DNA of 64,000 bases, from NCBI GenBank assembly GCA_944331895.1, contig CALVIX010000002.1:97099-161098 (forward strand). Reading direction: 5' to 3'. The notes under the pieces were generated by a model. The model worked only from the letters and a program-made list of their open reading frames with translations. It ran no database searches and was not told where the DNA came from. Both the position numbers and the translations under genes were made by a program. This document shows positions 54,050 to 62,270 of the stretch, one piece after another (the stretch's first letter is position 1; each line of letters starts with the position of its first letter). Source of the stretch: an uncultured Bacilli bacterium. GTDB taxonomy: Bacteria > Bacillota_I > Bacilli_A > RF39 > UBA660.

Positions 54050-55127
54050 ATGCCTCACCTATTAACTCTCTGATGCAATCGTAAATTTTCTCGGCACTAT
54101 CAGGTACCTGCAATTTGCGCAAATTTTGCTTCATCTCGACGCGAGTACTCGCCTTCATCAAATTATCAACTTTTTCTACCAACAATTCTTTTGTAAAGTC
54201 TTTTTCTTCTAGAATATCTGCCGCATGTGCCTCTACCAACCCCATCGCATTTTTATACTGATGATTGTTTGGCACATAAGGACTCGGTATCAAGATAGAA
54301 GGTACTTCCAGCGCAATTATTTCACTTAAAGTAGAAGCTCCGGCACGAGAGATCATGACATCTGTTTTTTTCATCACACGAGGCATGCCTTCTACGTATG
54401 GAACTACTTTAACATTTTCTGGAAACTCTTTTTTAGCAATTTCCTCATAACTATCTTTCCCAGTTACAAATAGTAATTGATAGTCTTTCCGTGCAAACAG
54501 AGAAAAACTATCCATCATCATCTCATTTACTTTGGAAGAACCTAAAGAACCCATGACGATCAAAACGAGTTTTTTATGTTCGCTCAATCCTAGATCTATC
54601 TTTTTCATCGCAGGTTGCTTCAATGCATCTTCACTGCAAGGATTTCCAGTATAAACGGTTTTTTCTTTCGGAAAGTAATCAATGCTGGACTTGAAAGATA
54701 CACCTATTTTATCGACAAACTTCATCAAATACTGATTGGAAGCTCCCGGGACGCTATTCTGTTCGTGAATAAACGTCGGAATATGATATTTCTTTGCCGC
54801 TTTTAATACAGGTGCCGTTACATATCCACCGACACCGATCACGACATCCGGACGAAATTCTCGCATAATTTTCTTACATTTTTGATAACTTTTTATCATG
54901 CAATAAAGTGTCTTAACATTCTTGTATATCTTCTTGCGATATACTCCATATATTTCGATTGTTTCAAAAGGGATTCCCTGCTTTGGAACGATATCCTTCT
55001 CCATTCGATTATGAGTACCTATGTATAAGATCTCACTATCAGGCTCTTTTTCTTTAATTTTATTGATAATAGCAAGAGCCGGATAGATATGTCCACCTGT
55101 TCCTCCAGCACTAATGATCACTCTCAT
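54033..55127 (-). CDS. murG: Lipid I GlcNAc transferase MurG
   Basis: GGTGGHIYPA, GGYVT.P, HEQN, GSLG, RAGAST, NHQYKNA. Confidence 0.97.
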   Translation of the reverse strand: MRVIISAGGTGGHIYPALAIINKIKEKEPDSEILYIGTHNRMEKDIVPKQGIPFETIEIYGVYRKKIYKNVKTLYCMIKSYQKCKKIMREFRPDVVIGVGGYVTAPVLKAAKKYHIPTFIHEQNSVPGASNQYLMKFVDKIGVSFKSSIDYFPKEKTVYTGNPCSEDALKQPAMKKIDLGLSEHKKLVLIVMGSLGSSKVNEMMMDSFSLFARKDYQLLFVTGKDSYEEIAKKEFPENVKVVPYVEGMPRVMKKTDVMISRAGASTLSEIIALEVPSILIPSPYVPNNHQYKNAMGLVEAHAADILEEKDFTKELLVEKVDNLMKASTRVEMKQNLRKLQVPDSAEKIYDCIRELIGEAYEDRT

Positions 55128-55198
55128 TTATAATCACATCCTAATATCATTATATCATAGCATTCTTCGTTTATGAACCATTTATTAAAAAAAGCGAA

Positions 55199-56563
55199 TT
55201 AGTTCGCTTTCAATGAGTAGTATACTTCTCCAGGGTTTAACTCTATCTCTCGCAGCATCGCAAGTTCAGAGACAGTTACAAATTCAAAACCTTGTCCCCA
55301 TGCATAATCGATAAACTCTAATGCTGCATCGACACTCGTTTGATAAATATCGTGCATCAAGATAATGTCTCCATCTTTTACTGTTTCTTTCATACGTGTA
55401 AGGATCGCATCTTTATTTTTTAATTTCCAATCTAACGTATCTACATTCCATAAAACAATCGGCATCCCAGCTGATTTTACTCGGGCATCATAACTGCCAT
55501 ATGGCGGTCTAAGTAATCCGACAGATCCACCCGTCGCACTACTAATAATCTGATTTGTCGTAACGATTTCAAATTGAACACCTTCCGAAGATAATTTTTT
55601 TAGATTTTGGTGATCATACGTATGACTACCGATTTCGTGTCCTTCACGACTCGCACGAGCGACCAATTCCGGAAAACGTTCAGCTCTCGTCCCCAATTGG
55701 AAAAATGTCACTCTAGCATTTCTCACCTTTAATCCATCTAACAATGCTGTCGTCGTCTTTCCACCTGGACCATCATCAAAAGTAAGTGCAACTAATTTTT
55801 TTCCTTCGACATCCGGAAGTCCTATTTTTACATATTCTAATTCTTCCTCCGTCGGTCGATCTTCTTTTCGAACTTGCTTCGTTTGAATATAAAACCACAT
55901 TTTAGCATATGACAATGTAATTTGAATTGGTTCATTTATTTCCTTTAAGAATTCCTTTCCAAAGAAAAACGTAACGCCATTTTCATGAAATACAAATTGA
56001 AGCTCGGAAAGTTCCAACTTTTCTAATTTCTGGTTAACCTTCTCTTGATCAACCAATATTTGTTGTCGGAATAATTCCTGTAGCAACATCGACTTGATAG
56101 TTTGTTTTATTTTACCAAAACTCTTTTGATCTGTATTTAAAAAGTCGGAATAACTAAGTAAAGTACCATTTTTATCATCGTAATGTAAAGAAGTTACTTT
56201 CGCTTGCGAAGTAAAGAGAATTGTTTTCACAGATTGATAAGTATACATTCGATATGTGATTTCCAAACGTTGTTTTTGCTTTTGATCTTTATCGACAGTA
56301 TCCAGAAATTGATCCATCTCATCTTTAATATATTTTTTTATCTCGGAGTCTACTTTGCGATGATGACTGATCGGATAAGAAAGATGCATACTATAATGTT
56401 TATTATCTTTTAAAACCGTAACGACATCATCAGTCCTATATTCCGTCTTTGGAAACATTCTATAGCAAAATAGTAATAACATCCCCAAGAACAGTACAAG
56501 AAGTACTTTTCCAAATTTTCTGACGAAAGATTTTCGAAACACCAAACGCTTATCTAACCTCAT
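55199..56563 (-). CDS. Membrane-anchored CE4 polysaccharide/peptidoglycan deacetylase (PdaC/PgdA-like)
   Basis: LTFDDGP, HTYDH, RPPYG, DTLDW, LMHD; TM and long N-terminal extracellular domain. Confidence 0.92.
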   Translation of the reverse strand: MRLDKRLVFRKSFVRKFGKVLLVLFLGMLLLFCYRMFPKTEYRTDDVVTVLKDNKHYSMHLSYPISHHRKVDSEIKKYIKDEMDQFLDTVDKDQKQKQRLEITYRMYTYQSVKTILFTSQAKVTSLHYDDKNGTLLSYSDFLNTDQKSFGKIKQTIKSMLLQELFRQQILVDQEKVNQKLEKLELSELQFVFHENGVTFFFGKEFLKEINEPIQITLSYAKMWFYIQTKQVRKEDRPTEEELEYVKIGLPDVEGKKLVALTFDDGPGGKTTTALLDGLKVRNARVTFFQLGTRAERFPELVARASREGHEIGSHTYDHQNLKKLSSEGVQFEIVTTNQIISSATGGSVGLLRPPYGSYDARVKSAGMPIVLWNVDTLDWKLKNKDAILTRMKETVKDGDIILMHDIYQTSVDAALEFIDYAWGQGFEFVTVSELAMLREIELNPGEVYYSLKAN

Positions 56564-56641
56564 AACATCACCAGCCGTATTATATCACATTTTTTTTAAA
56601 TTTCATAAAATAGCCTCCTTCTTATTTATAATAACAAAAAA

Positions 56642-56678
56642 AAATGTAGACTGAGTCTTTTTTAGACTGTCTACATTT
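56642..56678 (-). terminator. Terminator after the ABC permease
   Basis: AAATGTAGAC/GTCTACATTT followed by U-run. Confidence 0.75.
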
Positions 56679-56712
56679 ATTGTATCACTTCATTAAGATG
56701 CCCTTTTTTTAT

Positions 56713-59340
56713 TTAAATATTCTCATCTCGAATTGCATCTAAAATATTTTCTTTTCTAATTTTTTTAGATGCATAAAACATCGATAACAACACGATTAAG
56801 AAAACTCCAATTGCTGCATAAACCATCGCTTTCCATGGGATCATCATTCCTCCAAGATTGACGATATTGATAATTTGTGTATGAAGTAAATATACAATGA
56901 TCAAAGAAGCGATATATCCATAACACAGTGATTTCAGTCCAAAGAACAAACTTTCAAAGCATAAAATTCGATTAAATCCACCTGGAGTAAGTCCCATACT
57001 TCGCAACATTGCAAATTCTTTTCTTCGCAGCATGATATTTGTGTTGATCGTATTAAATACACTCGTAACGCCAATCAATGTTACAAGTCCAATAAATCCA
57101 TAAAGTAGGATTTTCAACACGAGAATCAGATTCCTCTGCATCTTCATACTTTCTGCAATATTATTATAAGAGAAAAATTCAAATCGAGTTCCTTCTTCCT
57201 CCTCTTTTTCAAATTTCTTGTCGAGTTCTTGATATGTTGATGCTTTAATAGAAATTTCATAAGCAGTAGACATTACACTTTCAGTATCCTCGTTAGATAG
57301 ATGGCTTACAATGTCATCGTACATTTCTGGAGAAACGATCACAAGTGGTGAAGACATGGTATCATCTTCCGGAACTCCAAATGGCGTTTGATCCGCGTAA
57401 TATAAATTTTCGAGAATATAACCATCTTTCTTATAATTTGCACTTGGATCTTCCATGTTATATGTCTCATCACTTGCGACATATTTCCATAATGCCAGAC
57501 TCGTCACGTTTTTCTTATTGTAAATTGGACCGTGATATGTTTTTCTATCTAAATTCTCATCATAGTAAATTCGATTTGTGATATCAACTAATATCGGCCG
57601 GTCCGATGTAAGTCCCAATGATTTCTTATATGCTTCATATGCACTTTTCTCAAGCCCATACACGCGTACCATTCCGATATCTGAACCATCCATATTCAAA
57701 TAAGATTTAAAAATACGGTATATTTCTGGATCGTAATCTTCCTTCTGCAGTGGTTCAGCCTCGAAATAATAATTTTGGAAATAACTGATTTTCTCTACTT
57801 CCTCTTCTTTCTTTAAAGAATCAATATAATCTTCTATCTTCTCGGTTTGCTGATCCGTAATAAAAAGTGTTATATCGTAATCTCGATCGTTAAAGTAAGA
57901 AGAACTTCCCACAATTCCATAGTCCAATAAAGCCGAGAAAGAAACAAATAGAACGATGCTAATAAATAAAGATACAATTGTAATACGATATTTCTTTTTG
58001 CTACGTTTCATATTCTTTAATGCGATTTCCCCTTCGACACCAAACAATTTGCGAACCCATTTTGGAGTTTTTACTTTTCGTCCGCTAATTTTAATGTCAT
58101 CATTTTGTCGGATCGCTTCGATTGGAGTTACCTTTCCTGCTTTACGTGCTGGAAGATAAGCCGAAAGCAAGATGACGGCAATCATAAATCCAATTGGAAT
58201 TAAAACGAGTGGCAAATACGTAGATAACACAAGCGGAACTGAAAATGCATTAGGTAAAAGTGCATTGATGATTTCAACTACACACCAAATACCTATATAT
58301 CCACCTAATACTCCTAATAGAATTCCAATTATTCCAATAAAGAATGCTTCGAAAAATACAGTATGACGAATTTGCTTCTTCGTTGCTCCGATACTTGCAA
58401 AAAGCCCAAATTGTTTTTTTCTTTCCATTACGGAAATAGCAAATGAATTATATATCACAATAATACAAGCGACAGATATCAAAGTTAAAATAATGACAAT
58501 CAGCCCGTACATTCCCTCTAACACATTTCCGTATTGCGATTGACCATACATACTAAGTAAATACTCGTTATAAGAAACTTCCTCAAAATAAGAGAAATTT
58601 CCTTCTGACTTTTCCTTAAAACCAAGGTTTAGAGCGATATCTCTCGTTTTTTCATATACATTATCTACCGAATAATACGTGATAATTGCGTCCAACGAGC
58701 GCCCAGAATCATAGTCGATTTTGGTATAAACAGGTTGCCCTGCCCCACTTCTTGCCTCAAGCAGTAAAGGTTCTACAACACCAACAATCGTATAAGTCCT
58801 CTCTAAGCTCGGCGTAAACGTTTCCTTTTGAGAGTACGATGTATTACTAGTAATCGTTTCTCCATCGATCTTCCGATCACCTATATCCATAGTAATTTGA
58901 TCTCCAATATGATAGTCTTTTAAAACTTCATCTCCACTTGCTAAAACTATCTCATCATTCGCTTGTGGAAGTCTACCCTCTTTTACTTTCAATTCTTTTA
59001 AATAAGAATCCGAAAGGCCTGATACGTAAAAATATGGTCGATAATCTTCTTGGGCATTTTCTATCTTACTAAATCCAATCATCTGACGCATCCACACTGT
59101 TTTGATCTTTCCGTTTTTTTCTAGTTGCTCTTTTTGATCTAATGCGACATTGCTGATCACGACATGATGCGAACCGCTCGACTGAATTGCCGTTTGGATG
59201 GAATTTTCACGAACAGTCGAGAATAAAAGACCAATACCTACCATCAATGCCGCCGATAATATGACACCAATGATCGTTACTGTGGTTCTTTTCCGGTTCA
59301 TCTGTAAATGTTTAATCGTTAATTTATTTAAAACATTCAT
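56713..59340 (-). CDS. FtsX/MacB-type ABC transporter permease with two FtsX domains
   Basis: SV.ERKKQFGL..SIGAT.KQIR, R.KEFAMLRS.G.T, large extracellular loops. Confidence 0.93.
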   Translation of the reverse strand: MNVLNKLTIKHLQMNRKRTTVTIIGVILSAALMVGIGLLFSTVRENSIQTAIQSSGSHHVVISNVALDQKEQLEKNGKIKTVWMRQMIGFSKIENAQEDYRPYFYVSGLSDSYLKELKVKEGRLPQANDEIVLASGDEVLKDYHIGDQITMDIGDRKIDGETITSNTSYSQKETFTPSLERTYTIVGVVEPLLLEARSGAGQPVYTKIDYDSGRSLDAIITYYSVDNVYEKTRDIALNLGFKEKSEGNFSYFEEVSYNEYLLSMYGQSQYGNVLEGMYGLIVIILTLISVACIIVIYNSFAISVMERKKQFGLFASIGATKKQIRHTVFFEAFFIGIIGILLGVLGGYIGIWCVVEIINALLPNAFSVPLVLSTYLPLVLIPIGFMIAVILLSAYLPARKAGKVTPIEAIRQNDDIKISGRKVKTPKWVRKLFGVEGEIALKNMKRSKKKYRITIVSLFISIVLFVSFSALLDYGIVGSSSYFNDRDYDITLFITDQQTEKIEDYIDSLKKEEEVEKISYFQNYYFEAEPLQKEDYDPEIYRIFKSYLNMDGSDIGMVRVYGLEKSAYEAYKKSLGLTSDRPILVDITNRIYYDENLDRKTYHGPIYNKKNVTSLALWKYVASDETYNMEDPSANYKKDGYILENLYYADQTPFGVPEDDTMSSPLVIVSPEMYDDIVSHLSNEDTESVMSTAYEISIKASTYQELDKKFEKEEEEGTRFEFFSYNNIAESMKMQRNLILVLKILLYGFIGLVTLIGVTSVFNTINTNIMLRRKEFAMLRSMGLTPGGFNRILCFESLFFGLKSLCYGYIASLIIVYLLHTQIINIVNLGGMMIPWKAMVYAAIGVFLIVLLSMFYASKKIRKENILDAIRDENI

Positions 59341-60020
59341 GCGCGAACCTTCTCATCATTTACAATCTTACCATCATCGATTGTAATAATACGATCTGCA
59401 TGGAGCGCTAAATTATGATCGTGTGTAATCATAATAATTGTCTGATGATATTTTTTATTCGAAAGTTTTAACAACTCGATAATCTCTTTTCCTGCCTTGC
59501 TATCCAAATTCCCCGTCGGCTCATCCGCGAGTAACAACGTAGGACGATTCATCAAAGCACGACCGATCGATACTCTTTGTTGTTGTCCCCCAGATAATTC
59601 ATTTGGTAAATGATTCACGCGATCTTTTAAATTCAAAGTTTCGATCAACTCATTTAAATACGTTTGATCTATTTTCTTACGATCTAATAAAATTGGAAGC
59701 GTCATATTTTCCTCTACATTTAAAACAGGGATTAAATTATAAAATTGATAAATAAGTCCCACTTGTCTCCTTCTGAAAATCGCAAGCGCATTTTCATTTA
59801 GTCTATATACATCTTCTCCATCGACATACACTTTTCCGCTCGTTGGACGATCAACGCCTCCTAAAATATGAAGAAGTGTACTTTTCCCACTACCACTCGC
59901 ACCTACGATCGCAACAAACTCACCCTTATTCACGGAAAAAGACACATGATCCAAAGCTCGTACTAACGTCTCCCCTTTTCCATAATTTTTACATAAATTT
60001 TCTACTTTTAATATTTCCAT
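59337..60020 (-). CDS. ABC transporter ATP-binding protein (LolD/MacB-like)
   Basis: GASGSGKST, LSGGQQQR, ADEPTGNLD, ITHD; ATGA overlap with permease. Confidence 0.96.
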   Translation of the reverse strand: MEILKVENLCKNYGKGETLVRALDHVSFSVNKGEFVAIVGASGSGKSTLLHILGGVDRPTSGKVYVDGEDVYRLNENALAIFRRRQVGLIYQFYNLIPVLNVEENMTLPILLDRKKIDQTYLNELIETLNLKDRVNHLPNELSGGQQQRVSIGRALMNRPTLLLADEPTGNLDSKAGKEIIELLKLSNKKYHQTIIMITHDHNLALHADRIITIDDGKIVNDEKVRA

Positions 60021-60045
60021 ATTCATTTTCCTTTCTAATGAAATC

Positions 60046-60159
60046 TCAATTGATAAAAGCTCCATTCAAGCATATATAAAATCCCAACATCACCAAAATA
60101 AGCCCCACAACAATGAGAAAAGCAATATTGGCATACGCAAGTCGTTCTTTTCTTTTCAT
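60046..60159 (-). CDS. Unannotated 37-aa membrane peptide MKRKERLAYANIAFLIVVGLILVMLGFYICLNGAFIN
   Basis: Strong GAGGTG RBS, basic N-terminus plus one TM, first gene downstream of the ABC promoter. Confidence 0.7.
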   Translation of the reverse strand: MKRKERLAYANIAFLIVVGLILVMLGFYICLNGAFIN

Positions 60160-60177
60160 CTGTTTCACCTCATTACC

Positions 60178-60232
60178 ATCATACTGTAATGATATGACTT
60201 TAGAGTGACTTCTTCGATTACAATTTTGTCAC
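60178..60232 (-). promoter_or_regulatory. ABC operon promoter with four GT(G/A/C)A(C/T) half-sites at 11-12 bp period
   Basis: GTGAC-GTAAT-GTCAC-GTCAT, then TATGAT 21 nt after GTCAC. Confidence 0.65.
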
Positions 60233-60288
60233 TTTCTATCAACTTCATTATACTATAAGAAAGAAAACAAACACCTGTTTTCTTTCTC

Positions 60289-61509
60289 CTATTTATAAAA
60301 GCGCAATCGAAATGTCGTTCCTTTTAAAACTTCACTTTCTACTAAAATCTCTCCCTGCATCGATTTTACGATCTTTTCTGCTAAATGCAGTCCTATTCCA
60401 ACACTATCACTTTTACTTGTCTTCGCTTTGTAAAAACGTTCAAATAGATGTGGAAGATCTTCTTTATCGATCCCACAACCATTATCTGTGATTACGATTT
60501 CTTTATAAATCGGATTATTGTTTGCACAAATCGTAATCGTTCCTCCCTCATCCGTATGTTCATGTGCATTTTTTAAAATGTTAACCAATGCTTCCGTAAG
60601 CCACGCTTCATCTCCTATGATAAATAAATTTTTCTTGATATCGATCACTAACTTTTGATTCTTTAATTCAATCGGAATGCGTAGCGGATCAATCGATGAA
60701 GAAACAAGTTTTTTTACGTTAATCCGATGATGCTTCATTTGAATCATACCACTTTCCATTCGAGATAATTTTAAAAGAGAAGATACGAGCCACTCAATCC
60801 GTTCCAATTGTTTTCTATTCTTACTTAAAAATTCTTGTCTCGTATTAAGGTCCATATCGGAATCAGAAAGTAAATCGTTCATCACATACATGCTCGTAAG
60901 TGGTGTTTTGATCTGATGAGATATATCTGACAGTGTTTCTTCTAATGCTAATTTATCTTTCATCGCACCATCTGACTTTTCTTTCAAAAGAACTGTCATT
61001 TTATATATTTCGTTTTTTAAATGACTCATTTCCCCTTCTTCGTAATCGCGGATATCCAAACTATAATCACCATTTAAAATTCGATTCATATACCGATTTA
61101 ACTCTTTTACTTTCTTATGTTCTCTCACGATATAAAAGAAAAAGACGAAAGAAACAATTCCAAACGAAATCAACACCATCCATATCGTATCTATTTCCAT
61201 CTTTTCTTCTAATGCACGCAAGTCACGAATGCGATAATAAACTTCCGTATCCCCTAGACCATACTTTTCTAATATTTTCATGCCAGATTCCTTATGATCT
61301 TCATCGCTCAAAATGGAGTCGACGACGTCTTCTTCTAATTCCGGATGACGTGATAAAATAGCACCTGTCAAAGATGCATGCGCATCAATTAGCGCTTGTT
61401 CATACATGCGATAATGTTGTCTTGTCCAAAAGAGCATAATGCATGTCGTCAAAAAAACACACGCTAAAAAAACGAATACTAGCCGATGAAAATACTTACT
61501 TTCTAACAT
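60289..61509 (-). CDS. Sensor histidine kinase
   Basis: SHQIKTPL, EALVNILKNA.EH, DNGCGI, GIGL. Confidence 0.95.
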   Translation of the reverse strand: MLESKYFHRLVFVFLACVFLTTCIMLFWTRQHYRMYEQALIDAHASLTGAILSRHPELEEDVVDSILSDEDHKESGMKILEKYGLGDTEVYYRIRDLRALEEKMEIDTIWMVLISFGIVSFVFFFYIVREHKKVKELNRYMNRILNGDYSLDIRDYEEGEMSHLKNEIYKMTVLLKEKSDGAMKDKLALEETLSDISHQIKTPLTSMYVMNDLLSDSDMDLNTRQEFLSKNRKQLERIEWLVSSLLKLSRMESGMIQMKHHRINVKKLVSSSIDPLRIPIELKNQKLVIDIKKNLFIIGDEAWLTEALVNILKNAHEHTDEGGTITICANNNPIYKEIVITDNGCGIDKEDLPHLFERFYKAKTSKSDSVGIGLHLAEKIVKSMQGEILVESEVLKGTTFRLRFYK

Positions 61510-62189
61510 AAATCACCTACTTTATATCCAACACCTCTTACCGTTAATATGATTTTAGGATGCATTGGATCATCTTCGATCTTTTCACGAATTCTTTTAA
61601 TATATACAGTCAATGTATTATCATTGACATAGGCCTCGTTCACATCCCAAATATCCGCCAAAATCTTCTCACGTGTAAATACCGTATTTGGATTTAAAGC
61701 AAGAATTAGTAAAATTTTATATTCTAACGCTGTCAACATGACATCGATTCCATTTTTTAATACTTTCGCCTGTTCTAAATCGATTGTAAGATCTTGAATT
61801 TGAATCACATTACTATTTTGCTTTCCCTTCACTCGACGCAATACCGCTTTCATCCGAGAGATAAGTTCTCGTGCCTTAAATGGCTTTGTAATATAATCGT
61901 CTGCACCCATATCGAGTCCCATGACAATCGATACTTCAAGATCATTTGCTGTCAAAAAGATCACCGGAATATCATGTTTTTCCTTAATTGTTCGAAATAA
62001 ATCAAAGCCGTTTCCATCCGGTAAGTTCAAATCCAGTAAAATCAAATCGATCTCTGCATCATTTTCTACTGCTTTGCTCGCTTCTAAAACCGTGCTGCTT
62101 TCAAACACTTGATAAGACTCTTGTTCTAGATAATATCGCAACCCTAAACGAATACTATCATCGTCTTCGACGAGCAATATCTTGGTCAT
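61503..62189 (-). CDS. OmpR-family response regulator
   Basis: LLVEDD, LDLNLPDG, KPF, NTLTVYIKRIREKIE. Confidence 0.96.
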   Translation of the reverse strand: MTKILLVEDDDSIRLGLRYYLEQESYQVFESSTVLEASKAVENDAEIDLILLDLNLPDGNGFDLFRTIKEKHDIPVIFLTANDLEVSIVMGLDMGADDYITKPFKARELISRMKAVLRRVKGKQNSNVIQIQDLTIDLEQAKVLKNGIDVMLTALEYKILLILALNPNTVFTREKILADIWDVNEAYVNDNTLTVYIKRIREKIEDDPMHPKIILTVRGVGYKVGDLC

Positions 62190-62209
62190 ATTACCACCTC
62201 ATAGCTTAT

Positions 62210-62252
62210 ATTATACTATAATTTCAAAATTTTGAAATGACGATTTCGTCAC
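62210..62252 (-). promoter_or_regulatory. TCS promoter with GTGACgaaatcGTCAT operator
   Basis: Box followed 21 nt later by TATAAT, same geometry as the ABC promoter. Confidence 0.65.
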
Positions 62253-62270
62253 AAAAAAATTCTAGAAAAT

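Noticed and set aside
1910-62221. Many 60-140 aa antisense or alternate-frame ORFs in the track (e.g. 1910-2212, 18836-19258, 20046-20417, 51518-51883, 60933-61361)
   Set aside because: They lie inside well-supported genes on the opposite strand or frame, and lack RBS and recognisable motifs
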